This document shows positions 48,697-61,196 of a stretch of DNA of 64,000 nucleotides, in pieces. The position numbers and the translations under genes are program-made. Below the pieces are notes generated by a model. The model made no database searches. It saw nothing but the letters and a program-made list of their open reading frames with translations, and had not been told where the DNA came from. Location: the NCBI GenBank assembly GCA_951406725.2, contig OX597816.1, positions 496,001 through 560,000 of the forward strand, in the 5' to 3' direction. The DNA is from Octopus vulgaris. Taxonomy: Eukaryota. Each line of letters opens with the position of its first letter. Position 1 is the first letter of the stretch.

Positions 48697-49091
48697 CATC
48701 ATCATCATGGCTCGGCTTCGCGAACGAAGATCGTCCACGTCGCGTGCATGCACGCTCATGACTGACAAGTCCGATATGGGAAAGGCAGGTCCGTGAGCAG
48801 TGTCCACAGACGAAGGTAACATCCGGTGTGGTGTCAGAGGCGGCTCGCACCTTCCTCCTGCGTCTCTTCTTTGTTCCTCAAACTTGCTGTCTGCGTTGAA
48901 GATCGTGTGGCGCCAGACATCACGGTCCGCAGCCAGGTCTGACCAGCATTGGTGGTCAATATGACATACTGTTAGAGGCTTCTTCAGGCAGTCTTTGTAG
49001 CGCTTCCACGGAGCTCCTCTCACTCGGTGACCGGTGGAGAGTTCGCCAAACAGGGCAATCTTTGGAAGGCGATGGTTCTCCATTCTGGAGA
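48697..49091 (-). mobile_element. 3' fragment of a second BovB-like RTE subfamily, (ATG)n tail
   Basis: RMENHRLPKIALFGEL..RGAPWKRYKD..CGHCSRTCLSHIGLVSH. Confidence 0.9.
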
Positions 49092-49639
49092 CATACATAC
49101 ATACATACACACACACACATACATACACACACACACACATACATACACACATACAGACAGACAGACATAAATACACACACACATACATACATACATACAT
49201 ACATACATACATACATACATACACACATACACACATACAAACAAAAATACCCTGTTGTTGACGTTGAAATTCCGATGAAGGAGCCTTGGATCTAGGTCAG
49301 AAACCGACTCTTTTTCTATTGGCAAGGAATCTTGAAATAAAACTGAACAACGATATACATGCATACATATGCCCACACGTACCTATAAACGCACATATCA
49401 CCCATACTAACACATACAATCATACATACGTACATGAATAAATAAATAAATGTGTGTGTGTGTGTGTGTGTGTGTATTGGTGCCAAAACAAATCCCAATC
49501 GGACCGTCACGCATTTGTTTTGAAAAACTTCTGTTTCGGACAGTAAAATTCGCGATTCAATGTTTTTAAGGAAAGTCTTCCTCGCCAGAGAAAGTTTCTT
49601 TCTTTTACTTTGTATTTGTTTATTTGTTTATTTATTTAT

Positions 49640-49960
49640 TGGAGCAGCAACAAAATGGAAAGGAGCGCCCTCGCACGGCAATCTGCGAATGTAGGGTTAC
49701 GTAACTCCGATCTATTTACTCGCAAGCCGCGCCCATTACGCCGTGTCCCAAACCCGTTTGTTTATCATTTGCACATGACAACAGAGCGAGAGGCGCTGAA
49801 CAATGTCGACCGTAACTTGCACTGTACTCGATAGTAGCCGGTTAGAATTAAATTGCAGCGGGATCATATACACTGAAGCTGAGCCCATCCTTACCTACCA
49901 CGATAAAGCGTTTTGGATCAATCTAGGAATTTATTTGGCGTTGATATTGATTGCCGGTGA
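49640..49960. promoter_or_regulatory. Unique CpG-rich segment; candidate enhancer/insulator
   Basis: High CpG density with no repeat homology within the window; CAAAATGG (YY1-like) and an inverted pair of GCGAG(A)GGCGCT motifs. Confidence 0.35.
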
Positions 49961-50059
49961 GTGAAGCAGCTGAGCCAATATTATTATTTATGAATTTCAT
50001 TTGATATACCATAGTCTGAGGTTTGAAATAAGCTTATCATCACTTGTTTACACAGAGAT

Positions 50060-50475
50060 TGAAGCGAAATGTGTTGTCAAAGCGCCGGGTAAGATGCTTT
50101 GTTGAGTTCATGTGCGACTGGAAATCGACTTTGCCTCTCATTCTTTCGGGGTCGATGAAATAAGTTCCAGTTACGCTCTGCGGTCGCAAGCCTTGTGCCT
50201 ATAGTAGAAAGGTTTATTATTATTATTATTATCATTATTATCATTATGAGGGCAGCGAGCTGGCAGAATCTTTCGAGTGTTAAGAAAAAAATGCCCCGGA
50301 GTATTTACTTCTGCCTCTTTACATTCTGAGTTCAAATCTCGCCGAGGTGAAGTTTGCCTTTCATCTGTTCTGGGAGTCTGAAATAAAGTATCAGTCAGTT
50401 TTAGGGGTTCGAAATAATCGACTAATACTTCCCCATAAAATTGCTGGACTTGTGCCGAACTTTGAAATCATAATT
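50060..50475 (+). mobile_element. Two tandem degenerate family-A SINEs separated by (TTA)n
   Basis: GACTTTGCCTCTCATTCTTTCGGGGTCGATGAAATAAG, and GGCAGCGAGCTGGCAGAATC..GAGTTCAAATCTC. Confidence 0.8.
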
Positions 50476-50879
50476 GTTCAGTCCTTTTCATTCGATTTCA
50501 ATGAAATCTTTTCCTCCACTTTTCCTGTTCCTTAAATGCCATCGCATCCGTCTTTCTTGCAGCAAATAGAATTATCATTAGGATCCTCTCAAATGTCAGA
50601 AACAATTAAATCGGAAATACACCTTTGTCTTAATATTTGTGGAATTCTTCAAAATGTTAGAAATCATTCTTTACGTATAGGTACTATATTTAAAAACCAA
50701 AAAAAAAACTTTCCTTCTGTCTTTTTATAAGTGCAGCTATGATGAGAAGGAACGAAATAAGGCAGACAGCGGAATATAATCTATCTCTATATTGCTTGCG
50801 AGATTCGATGATTTATTCTTTAGTATTATATATATATATATAACTGATTTGCCCTACCAAGTCAGACTTAGGTAAATTG

Positions 50880-50881
50880 AG

Positions 50882-50912
<31 letters not shown>

Positions 50913-50940
50913 ATACATACATATATATATTTATATATAT

Positions 50941-51026
<86 letters not shown>

Positions 51027-51045
51027 CATATATATATATACATAC

Positions 51046-51078
<33 letters not shown>

Positions 51079-51286
51079 CATACATATATATATATATATA
51101 TACATACATATATATATATATAATACATATATATATATATACATACATACATATATATATATATACATACATATATATATATATACATACATATATATAT
51201 ACATACATATATATATATACACATATATATATATATATACACACATACATATATATATATACATACATATATATATATACATACAT

Positions 51287-51332
<46 letters not shown>

Positions 51333-51360
51333 AGTTGGTATATATATATATATATATATA
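50880..51360. repeat. Long (TA)n/(TACA)n microsatellite
   Basis: Direct reading. Confidence 0.95.
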
Positions 51361-51825
51361 TGTTATATTTCGGGTTGGTTTTCTATTTTCTTTTTTCTTT
51401 GCCAAATAAACACACGCTCTATTTAGCAAAAAAAAAAAAAATTGACCATCCTGAAAATAACAATATCTGTTTCCATACATTATTTCACACCAGATTCTTG
51501 CAAAACAAATACATAAATATAGGTGTGTGTGTATAAATCTTTAGTTAAATATATTCAATGAGGATATTATATACTGAATTTATATTAAGTGCTCTATTGT
51601 ATCAAAGTATTTATATATTTAATACGAGCGATTATATATATTTTATAATATATTATTATTAATATCAGGAAATCAATATTAGAAAATTCTTCAGAAAGAT
51701 ATATACGTGTGTAAAATAATTGTTGTATTAAAAATATAAATATATATAAAATATATGTAAATATGTATAAGTATAAATATATAATGTATATGACAGTTTA
51801 CAAGTTTTGAATTAAGTTTTTAAAG

Positions 51826-51917
51826 CATCTTACGATCGTTTCACAGAAGTGCTATCCCTATAATGAAATTCTATATTGATAAGCATTTATAGACAACTCT
51901 TCTGCTCTTCAGAGATA
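51826..51917 (-). ncRNA. Type-I minimal (Penelope-type) hammerhead ribozyme motif
   Basis: UAUCU-CUGAAGA-GCAGAAG..CUUCUGU-GAAACGAUCGUA^AGAUG; palindromic stem III ACGAUCGU, GUA triplet, extended stem II. Confidence 0.7.
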
Positions 51918-52237
51918 TAAAATTTGAATTTTGTATAACATATCGAATGGTACTTTTTTAAAAATTTGAAGTAATACTATAGATTGGTGTTTGTTTGAAT
52001 TCTGTTTTTAAAATGCTTGCTTCGAGAGTTGCATTCCCTCGAATTCGGTACAATGTGCTTATTTCTTATGGTAGTTTTGACTTTAAGAGTCCCTCCTAGC
52101 ATGAGGCATTTATGTATAGTAATATGCTTAATATAAGTAAACATATTTAAGAGGAAAAATTGATGGATTTTTCACGCTAACTACTTGATAAATTCTTATA
52201 AAGATTTTATCCTATTTTTCAATTATATATATATATA

Positions 52238-54810
52238 TTAGCAGAGATACCTGGCGTTGCCCAGTTACATTCAGTTGAAGAATTAGACTTTTCTGTTATA
52301 TATATATGGATACACACACACACAAATATATGTATATTAATATAAATACATGAAAGTACATGTAGTTTGTTAAAAAAAAAGGGGATCATGTATATACCTC
52401 CTGGCTGTTGAGATTATAACACCTCGTTGTAAACAATGTTCCTTGCTTTTCCTTGTGGAGCATATACAAAAAGGTTTCTTTTGGTTCCTACTCTTGAGCA
52501 GCCAACATACAGTTGCCCATGTGAGACCCATATTGGAGTACGGGATTCAAGCCTCTTCTCCTTATCTCCTCAAAGACATACAGCATCTCGAAAGAGTCCA
52601 GAAGCTGGCTACCCGCATGGTTCATGGTCTCAAAAATTTGTCCTACGAAGAAAGGCTGAGGACGCTCGACCTTTATTCTCTTGAAAAACGACGCCGCCGT
52701 GGTGATCTCATTCTCGCCCACAACATCATAAGCGGAAAGTGTAACCTCTCGAAAGAGCTGTTCTTCACTCCTGCTCCAGAGCGTCGGCTGCGGGGTCATT
52801 CCGAAAAGCTCTACCCACGACGATTTCATCTCAATCGAAGGAGAGGAGCTTTCTCCGTCCGGGTTGCAGATCCGTGGAACAAGCTGCCAGACGAGATGGT
52901 GAAGATGCCGGCGACCGCTTTGTTCAAAGCCTCCCTTGACCTCAAGTGGCCTGAACTCTTTACAGGAACACCACCCTGTACTTAACTCCATGTCCCCCTA
53001 CATGGCCTTGCTTTTTGCTTTTGAGCCAAATTAACTAACTGACTGACTGACTAAGAGAAGACCAGCTACTGAGACTTGTTAATGGAGATGGCAAAGCTGA
53101 CACGAAGGGGGAATTGCAGTCTTCTGAATGTAAATGGAATTTCTGCTCCTGCTGGAGTAAGAGGAATTCTTGGAATAAAGACATCATCACCTTTTCTACA
53201 TCCAGAAAGAATGATCGCCTCGATAACGTGTGACATCATTTTCTTTATCACCAATCGTGTTCCATTGCAAAGTCTTGGTGGTTCCAGATTGCGGAGTAGC
53301 ATTACAGGAGTTCCAACTTTAAGTGCTAATATGTGTGGGGGTAGTCCAGGAGGCTCCAGTGAATTGAGAAATTCAGGAGGATAGTTCACAACTTCATTTA
53401 TATCTGAAATTGTATCAACAGACTTGTAAGTGTGTATAGTGCCGGGAAGAGAATGCATTAGCTGTTGATTAATTTTGTTAACAGTGACGTTTTTTGGAGC
53501 TAATATTGCTCTTTCACACAGCCATTTGTGATTTTGGTAGTTTTGTGTGAAGTTGGGAAAGACTTTGTTTTTGAGGTCATCTACAAAACTAACAACAGAG
53601 GAAAATGACCACACTTCGATTTGTCCTGCAGCATCGAGAGGCATCTTGCCTTCACCAAGTGTCAAAATGTCCTGTGCAAACTTTGTGGACATTTTGTTGC
53701 CGTGTAGCTGAGCTCTCATGTTTGTGGTGAGACTGAGGATTGTAACATGATGCCACAGGGTAGAGGACTTTAGGCATGCTTGGACTTCATCTGCTCTAGT
53801 GCCTTTCGGAATGACAGGAAGAGTTTGCCTGAAATCACCTGACAACAGAAGCGTTACACCTCCCATTGGAGCCTGACAGTCTCGGATGTCTTTCAGGGCT
53901 CTATCTAATGCTGCCAAAGCTCCCTTGTGAGTCATAGTGCACTCATCCCAGACAATTAAATGACACATTTTAAGTACTTGTCCCTGATCTGAGCTTTTGT
54001 TGATGTTGCATGAAGGCATTTCGGATGCTGCTAAATTGAGAGGGAGTTTAAAAGTTGAGTGTGCTGTCCTGCCACCGGGTAACAAAGTAGCTGCAATGCC
54101 AGAGGAGGCTACAGCTACTGCAATGTTCTGATGCTGCCCAACTTCTGCAAGGAGAAGCTTCGTAATAAATGTTTTTCCTGTCCCTCCAGGAACATCGAGG
54201 AAGAAGATTCATCCCTCGCGTTGGTGTACACTGTTAAGAATAGTTCTGTAGGCCTGCAGCTGGTCCGGAAGTAATTTAGGCTCATTTTCAACAATGTACT
54301 TTGAAAGCGCTTGAGTGTCGTAGGTTGTTTCACGAATGACAGCAGTGGGAAGGCTATTTGACCCTGACCTGAATACTTGTGGCAGGCCATACGTCGATAA
54401 TTCATTTCCACCCAGTTTTGAACATATGCTGTCCTTCAAGCATGGTGAGTTTATGTTGAATCCACGCCCACATGGACCATGTACCATGTTTGCTTTAACT
54501 ATTTTGTATAGTTCTTTGTCTAAAGCTGGATCAGGAAGCTCTGCAGAGATTATGTTGTCGATGTCATTGGAATTGATCTTCGCTGAGAGCCAAAGCAGGA
54601 TATGAGCATATGGAAGGCCCCTTTTTTGCCACTCGATTGTGTACATGTCACATTGTATGGGCCCAAAGACTTGCCCTTTTTGTATGAGCTCCATGAGAGA
54701 GATTAACTTCAGATGGAAAACTCGGGCGTTGAGATTCCGGTTCGAATGTAAGGCAGGTTTGAAAGTGTTCCCAACAGTTATTAGTTGCAGTGGTAGAGTG
54801 TTTATGCCGA
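52238..54810 (-). mobile_element. Internally deleted Helitron (Rep HUH fragment fused to Pif1 helicase), interrupted by a CR1 insertion
   Basis: EWQKRGLPYAHILL, MVHGPCG; PGGTGKT, GRTAHS, WDEC, GDFRQ, LCNGTR, FAISINKSQ; C-terminus SHGQLYVGCSRV..NIVYNEVL* at 52414-52525; 3' hairpin CTGGGCAACGCCAG followed by CTAA|T at 52238. Confidence 0.92.
52521..53054 (+). mobile_element. 5'-truncated copy of the 23388-27835 CR1 family
   Basis: Near-identical to 27341-27835; VRPILEYGIQASSPY..WNKLP; (CTAA/CTGA)n tail. Confidence 0.95.
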
Positions 54811-55909
54811 ATATGTACGTATGCATGTATATATATGTATGTATACCTGTATATATGTACAAAATCCACTGAGAAGGCTTTTGTTGGTCTGAGGCTACAG
54901 CAGAAGACACATGCCAAGTCACCACACAGTGGGATTGAACCCAGGACCATGTGTTTGGAACGTAGTTTGTTACCACACAGCCACACCTGCCCCTATGTAT
55001 GTGTGTGTGTGCGTATGTGTGTATGGGTTGATATATTATGCATGTATATATGTGTATATATATATGTATACATATTACATGTACATCTATATATATACAT
55101 CTACACATAAAATACAAAATACAAAGTTATATCTTGATATCGCTAGTGATAACAATACTCAAAATACGTAACAGACTGGAATTGTAGGCCCGTCTCTTGC
55201 AATTTCGATCAATTGGATCTTGTCCTCCCTCTTGTATAGAAGTGTATGGCTGCAGCAAAATTCATTTTTGGACTTTCTTCTATCAAAGGCATTCTAACAA
55301 AAATGCTTCCGTAAAGACAGTGAAAATATTATCAATTTCCCCAAACAGGGACAAAATTCAATTTTTAAACAATAACCAAAGCCCCTTCTCCGAAAGGGGG
55401 AGGGTTACAGTTTACAATTATTTAACAAATGCAACAGAACAACGTTTCTATGATGAGGAACCAACAAACGTGATTACAATAATCAAACAGTAATAATAAT
55501 AACAACAAACCTTTTTAATTTATCCCCATTTATGTGAAACCACTTATTCAAGTTCAAGTCATTGATGCAATTTTATACGAATTGCTAATACACACACACA
55601 TAATAAGGGTGAAAAATTGAATATTAATTTGATTAATATGAATTGAAAACCAGTGGTGTAGCATATAAGACCATAGCGGATCTTCTAGCAAAATGGATGA
55701 CCACTTGTTAATGGTTCATCCCTGTTATATAATACTTTCACTTTAATAGTTTCAGTATTAAAGTGAAAGTGTCTGCATTACAAAAGAAAGATGTTTTTGT
55801 TTCACTTTTAACATGAAATACTGAAATAGTGGAGAAGATATGATATTGCTGTGGGGTCGCCCTTGGGAAAAAGTTAAGATTGATGAAGTTGATATGTTAC
55901 AAACTGATA

Positions 55910-56407
55910 AGTTGGGCATAAGAGCCATCAGATGTGGTGTGCAAGAGAGATGACTGTGCTAGTATAGCCATGCAATGTGTATGGATGAGGACAGCTGTGT
56001 AAAGAAATACTGATCTTTAATTATGGAGGGAACTTGTGGAAGAGGTAGACCCAAGAAGACATGGGATCAGGTGGTGGAGCATGATCCTCAAACATTGGAC
56101 CTCACGGAGGTGATGACAAGTGACAGACCTTTTGTGATATGCTGTGCTTGAGAAGATTCATCAAGCCAAGTGAAATCATTGCTGTGGTTGATGCTGGTGG
56201 CACATAAAAACACCTGTGTCAGTGGCACATAAAGAGCACTCATTACACTCTTGGAGTTGTTGGTGTTAGGAAGGGAATCCAGCCGTAGAAACCAGGCCAA
56301 ATCTGACGGGAACTCAGTGCAGTTCTCTGGCTTACCAGTTTCAGTCAAACCATCTAACCCATGCCAGCATGGAAAGCAGATGCTAAATGATGACGATGAT
56401 GATGATG
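55910..56407 (+). mobile_element. Older RTE 3' fragment
   Basis: CGVQER..GRPKKTWDQVVEHD plus terminal domain and (GAT)n. Confidence 0.85.
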
Positions 56408-57478
56408 TATATATTCTTTTACTGTTTTTAGTTTCTGCCAGAGGCTGGGGCCAAGCCAGAGCACCACCTTTCAGTGTTTTGGGGTTTCCCTTCTATACTG
56501 TTTTTGACAAAGAATCAAATTGGACAAAGCTGCTCTTCTTAGTGCCTCCTGCCACAATGTAGGTTCATCTGGGATTTCAGACAGAAATTTGTCCAAGTGC
56601 TTTTAGAATAGTTCCACATCTTGCAGATTTCTTTGGTTCCTTGGTAGGATGTTAAACAGTTGTGGTCCCTGAAACCTAAGCTGTTGCAATACTGGCTCCT
56701 TATCTGCGATGAAGGTGATGGTGCCATCCAGTTCGGTGGTTGGTATAGCTTTTAATTCCAGAGTTAGACCTTCCAGCATCTTCCATATGTATATTACTGC
56801 ATGTTTTTTACACCTTCTCTCCAGTTCTTGTAGCCTCTCCCAATAGCTCGTGTTTCACCAAGTCAATCTTCTTTGTGTAGTAGTGCTGGATTGCCTCAAG
56901 TTACACCACCAATTTGATGCTCTGTGGCAACCACAGTTGGGAGCATTAATCCAGATGACTGAGAACAAAAGTCCTCCATAGGAGTAGCAAGGTATCTTTA
57001 GTTCTGAATGTATTCCAATTGTAATCTCTTTGTGGGCCAATAGTGGAGTGCTTGAAACTTATTGTCATTGAACTGCATATTATTTTCATCAGCCCATTTG
57101 TATATTGTATGCAGGTTGTTTTGCAGTTTTACTATCATCAGAGTCCTTGATTACCTGAGATGTCTTTGTATCATCAATGTAGCTGGTGAGAGTGGTTGAC
57201 TGTACAACTGAGGGCATGTCTGAGTGAGCCACTACAAATGGTAGTGGTTCCAATACAGTTCCCTGAGGAATTCTACTTTGAATTGATGTCTCCCCAGAGA
57301 GAGCACCATTGGCTGCAAATATCTGACTTCTGTCTTTTAAAAAGTCATGCATCCACTTCAAGGTCACGTACTTTGTAACATATCAACTTCATCAAAGCAT
57401 TGGCAAAGTCGACATATATCACATCCACTTCTGAGTGGTTGAGCTGCTGTCTCAGTACCCAGTTGTAATTTTGTAGTA

Positions 57479-58452
57479 TTAGGTTGTTTGGAAAACATTT
57501 TTTTCAAACTCAATTTAATTTGTTAATTTTGTAGTGTTTTAGATAAAATTTTTCATGCTTAATAATTGATATGTACAAGGTGGTGAGATGGCAGAAATGT
57601 TAGCACACCAGGCAAAATGCTTAGTGGTATTCCATCTGTCTTTATGTTCTGAGTTCTAAGTCTGCCGAGGTCGGCTTTGCCTTTCATCCTTTTGTACCAG
57701 TTGCATACTGGGGTTGATGTAATTGACTGGCCCCCTCACCAGAAATTTTGGGCCGTGTTCCTAGAGTAGAAAAGAATAATTGATATGTACTCTTTAATAA
57801 ATTTTTATTGATTTATTTTGAAGTGCAGAAATCCTTAATTTCAAACATGAAAAATGATAAAATGTGTTTGCTATTTTTGCATAAATTCAAATTAGGACAT
57901 AATGCTTCCCAAACAGCTGGCAATGTCAACAGAGCATGGCATGGGATGAAGGGTCCACTAGTGATCAGCCAGTAAAATGGTGGTTCAAGAGATTCCATAA
58001 TGAGGATGAGAGCCTTGTCCATCTACCTTTGATAATCACTGTTTGAAAACAATACAGCTTTTCTGGAACTTAACCAAAGCATTACATCAGAAGTTTACTG
58101 TAAGCAACTGGAAGAAATACATGCTCAGACTTGGGTTACAAGACTTTACCACATCTTCCATGTTCTCTTGCTCTTTCACCCACTGACTACCATTTTTTTC
58201 AAGCATCTAGACACTTTTTAAGGCAAAAACCCTTCTGTTCCAAAACCAAGGTTAAAATTGAATTCAAGGATTTCTTGGCATCAAAACCTTTCGATTTTTA
58301 CTGAAGAGGCATAAATGGCCTTGTTAATTGATGGGAGAAATGCCTAGCTGTTGAGGGGTGGTATTTTGAATAATTAAACCCTTGTATAAGTTCAGTTTTT
58401 CAAGAATCAAGGCTTATTTTTAAAATCGGCCATTATTTTCTGAACAGCCTAA
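57479..58452 (+). mobile_element. Internally deleted mariner-family DNA transposon
   Basis: TIRs TTAGGTTGTTTGGAAAA / TTAGGCTGTTCAGAAAA; TA TSD (57477-78, 58453-54); transposase relics ITSEVYCKQLEE and LSPTDYHFF..GINGLVN*WEKC..EGWYFE*. Confidence 0.88.
57577..57774 (+). mobile_element. Family-A SINE nested in the mariner
   Basis: 16-bp perfect TSD AATAATTGATATGTAC (57561-57576, 57775-57790). Confidence 0.92.
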
Positions 58453-59017
58453 TAGCTGTGTAAGGCAGCTCCTTCCTGGGTGGAAGCCATGTTGTGTGCT
58501 TGTGGGACCAGTCTCCTTCTGACAATAGTTCTTGTGACTGTGCTAACATGTGAAGTCAGAGAGATTGGTCTGTAATTTTTAGCATCTGCTCTGCTTCTTC
58601 CTTTATAGACAGGGCACATGATACTCTCTTTTAACAGTTTGGGAAGTTTTCCACAAGCAATGAAACTCTGGAAAATATCTGCAGAATATATATATATATG
58701 TTTGTATACTTCATTTTTGTATCTGCTTTGCAAGATTCTTTATTTGAATTCGTATTTTGAAACAAATTTTTGTTGTGTCTAGGGAGAGTCATTATGCCAA
58801 TATAATTAACACACACACTGGTTCAATTCCACTCATTTTCTTTATTATTAGTCGATTGGTTAAATATCCTACTAAATAATTTGTTTCGTTTTTGTTTGCC
58901 AAAGCTCTTTCATTGCTGCTTACAACCTTTTCAATGACTATCGACTTGATACATTTTAGAGGCCGCATTTGTCTGTTTGAGACTCATTGCATGCTAGTGT
59001 GTATGCGTGCTTGTGTG

Positions 59018-59365
59018 TGCACTCCATCAGTTACGATGACAAGGGTTCCAGTTGATCTGATCAACGGAACAACCTGCTCATAAAATTAACGTGCAAGTGG
59101 CTGAGCACTCCACGGACATAGTTCTTGGAGAGATTCAGCATGACACAGAGTGTGACAAGGCTGGTCCTTTGAAATACAAGTACAACAGAAACAGGAAGAA
59201 AGCGTGAAGTTGTGGTGAAAGAGTAGAGCAGGAGACGAAACCACCTCCTGCTGGAGTCTCGTGGAGCTTTAGGTGTTTTCGTTCAATGCTCGGTCTGGGA
59301 AGCGAAACCACGATCCTATGACCACAAGTCCGCTGCCCTAACCATTGGGCCATTGCATCTCCACT
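59018..59365 (-). mobile_element. Family-B tRNA-derived SINE with a different tail (type 2)
   Basis: Head and core (GCAATGGCCCAATGGTTAGGGCAGCGGAC..CGAAAACACCTAAAGCTCCACGA) match 21491-21680; tail unrelated. Confidence 0.85.
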
Positions 59366-60794
59366 ATGTATGTATGTATGAATTCTGCACATTCATGTGT
59401 TTTTGTGTGTGCATGCTTGTACTGTTGTATATGTATGAGTGTTTGTGTGTGTGTGTGTGTTTGAGTGTGTTTATGCATATGAGGAAGCAGAGGTACACAC
59501 ACATACATACATATACAAACACACACACACACATGAATATGCAGAGTACACACACACACATACACCTATCCTTGTACATCATTAACCTCTACTTTGTGTA
59601 ACCACCTGTCATTCTCCTCTCGCATTTTCAGGCACTTATCCACCTGCATCACTCCATCCTCAGTTTGTGTTTTCTTATACTCATCTTCTCTTGAAACCTT
59701 GAGAGTATGCTTTGACATCTTGTCACCATCATCTTTATCCTTTTTTTTTTAAAGCTACTTTCACCCACTCCTATTATAATGTGAGTTAGACATGTATTTC
59801 TTTTATTGCAAGACACCTCTGCCAGTCCCTATTTCATGCTCTGGCCTTTTCACATGTAGCATAAAGACACCTCCCTCTCTACTACAACCCCACTTAGTTT
59901 CAGGAGCAGGGCTCTTCTCTTTCTTTGTCTTGCAAGTTATTTGGTGTCCTTACTGATGCCAGTATCGAGCCCACTCTGTAAAGTGGTTGGCAGTAGGATT
60001 GGTATTCAGCTGTAGAAACCATAACAAAACGAACATTGGAACTTGATGCAGTCCTGCAGCTTGTAGGATCTTGTCAAACTATCCATTTTTTGCCAGTATG
60101 GAAGGTGGACATTAAATTTTGATAATGAGGATGCAGAGAAGGAGGAATTTTCTAATAACTTGCATGTATAAATCAATCAGAAAGAATGAATTTAAAAAAT
60201 GGTAAACTTTGCATTTATTTTATCATATTTTGTGACATATTTGTTTTTATTATTGCATAGAGATGATGGATGTAAAAAAATTTAATCTGACAAAAAGGAA
60301 TGTCAAATAAAAAGCTGAGCGAAAATTTATTTTTATGAGGTTTTTAACACAAACCAAGAATTTAGTGTTGTATGTAGTCCATGCTGAAAATTTGATTTCC
60401 ATGTCAGTGGAACTGATAAGCACTGCTCATTCCCTTCATCTCATTTTGATAGTATTAAAAAACTGGTTTTTGACTTGCAGTTTAAAGAACAACTTCATCT
60501 TGGTGTTTCTGTTTTATGGAGGGGTTTGATTAAAGTCATCTGTTTTGAGTTTGGCTACCTCCTCCTCCTCCTCCTCCTCACACCAACCACTTTATTAAAA
60601 GTGAGATTAATATCTATGTTTGAAGTAAGGTAAATTAAGTCAGCTAATGTGGCAGCAACACAGCTTGAACCCAAGACCTGCAGACTGTACCTTATCTGCC
60701 TAACAACATGGTTTTAGCTCAGATTTGGGTCATTTCCAGTGCCAGTAGTAATCATAGATGTCTTTTAGTTTGCATGACATTATCCAATCTTAGA

Positions 60795-61196
60795 ACTTTA
60801 ACTCATTTCATATGAGATTGCTTTTGTTTTAATCAATTTTGAAAATAACAAATTATTTTGTAAGCTTTGTTATTTATTCCTTTTGTTACCATATTTTTGT
60901 TGAAATACGCTGCTTTTGTTTCAATTAATTGTGGAAATAATGAAGAATTCTATAAAATATCTTTGTCGTTATTAAACCCTTTTGTTACTATACTTCTGGT
61001 GAAATTCTGCTTTTATTTTAATCAGTTTTGAAAATAATGAAGAATTTGGTAAAATAACTTTGTCATTAATAAACTGGTGTTTGCAATATAAATCAAATTG
61101 AAATTTCAAGGGAAGGTTTTAATCTAGAATACTTTAAAACAAGAAGTTTGTATCCATAAAACCAGGGTGTTCTCAAGAGGAGGCAGTCTAGTTAAG
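60795..61196 (+). mobile_element. TTAA-ended (piggyBac-like) MITE with tandemly repeated left end; relatives at 125-280, 980-1192 and 42100-42256
   Basis: Recurrent TTAA(A)CCCTTT..CTGCTTTTGTTTCAATTAATT(T/G)TGAAAATAATGAAGAATT units; GTTAA right ends. Confidence 0.5.

Larger units (their letters stand above)
56530..58685 (-). mobile_element. Decayed CR1-clade LINE (family of 32330-34900), split by a mariner element
   Basis: KNYRPISLTSH..QHGFHPGRSCLTQL | LQNYNWVLRQ..YVDFA..PQGTVL..YIDDTK. Confidence 0.85.

Noticed and set aside
49265-49325. Hammerhead-like CCGATGA..GAAAC motif
   Set aside because: The core is non-canonical and the stems could not be assigned convincingly by eye
50813-51536. 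Long YIYI/THTH/SLSL ORFs (also at ~13.3, 16.6, 28, 39, 49 and 59 kb)
   Set aside because: Translations of microsatellites
54209-55117. 302-aa ORF as a novel fusion protein
   Set aside because: The N-terminus is microsatellite plus an antisense SINE read into Helitron Rep
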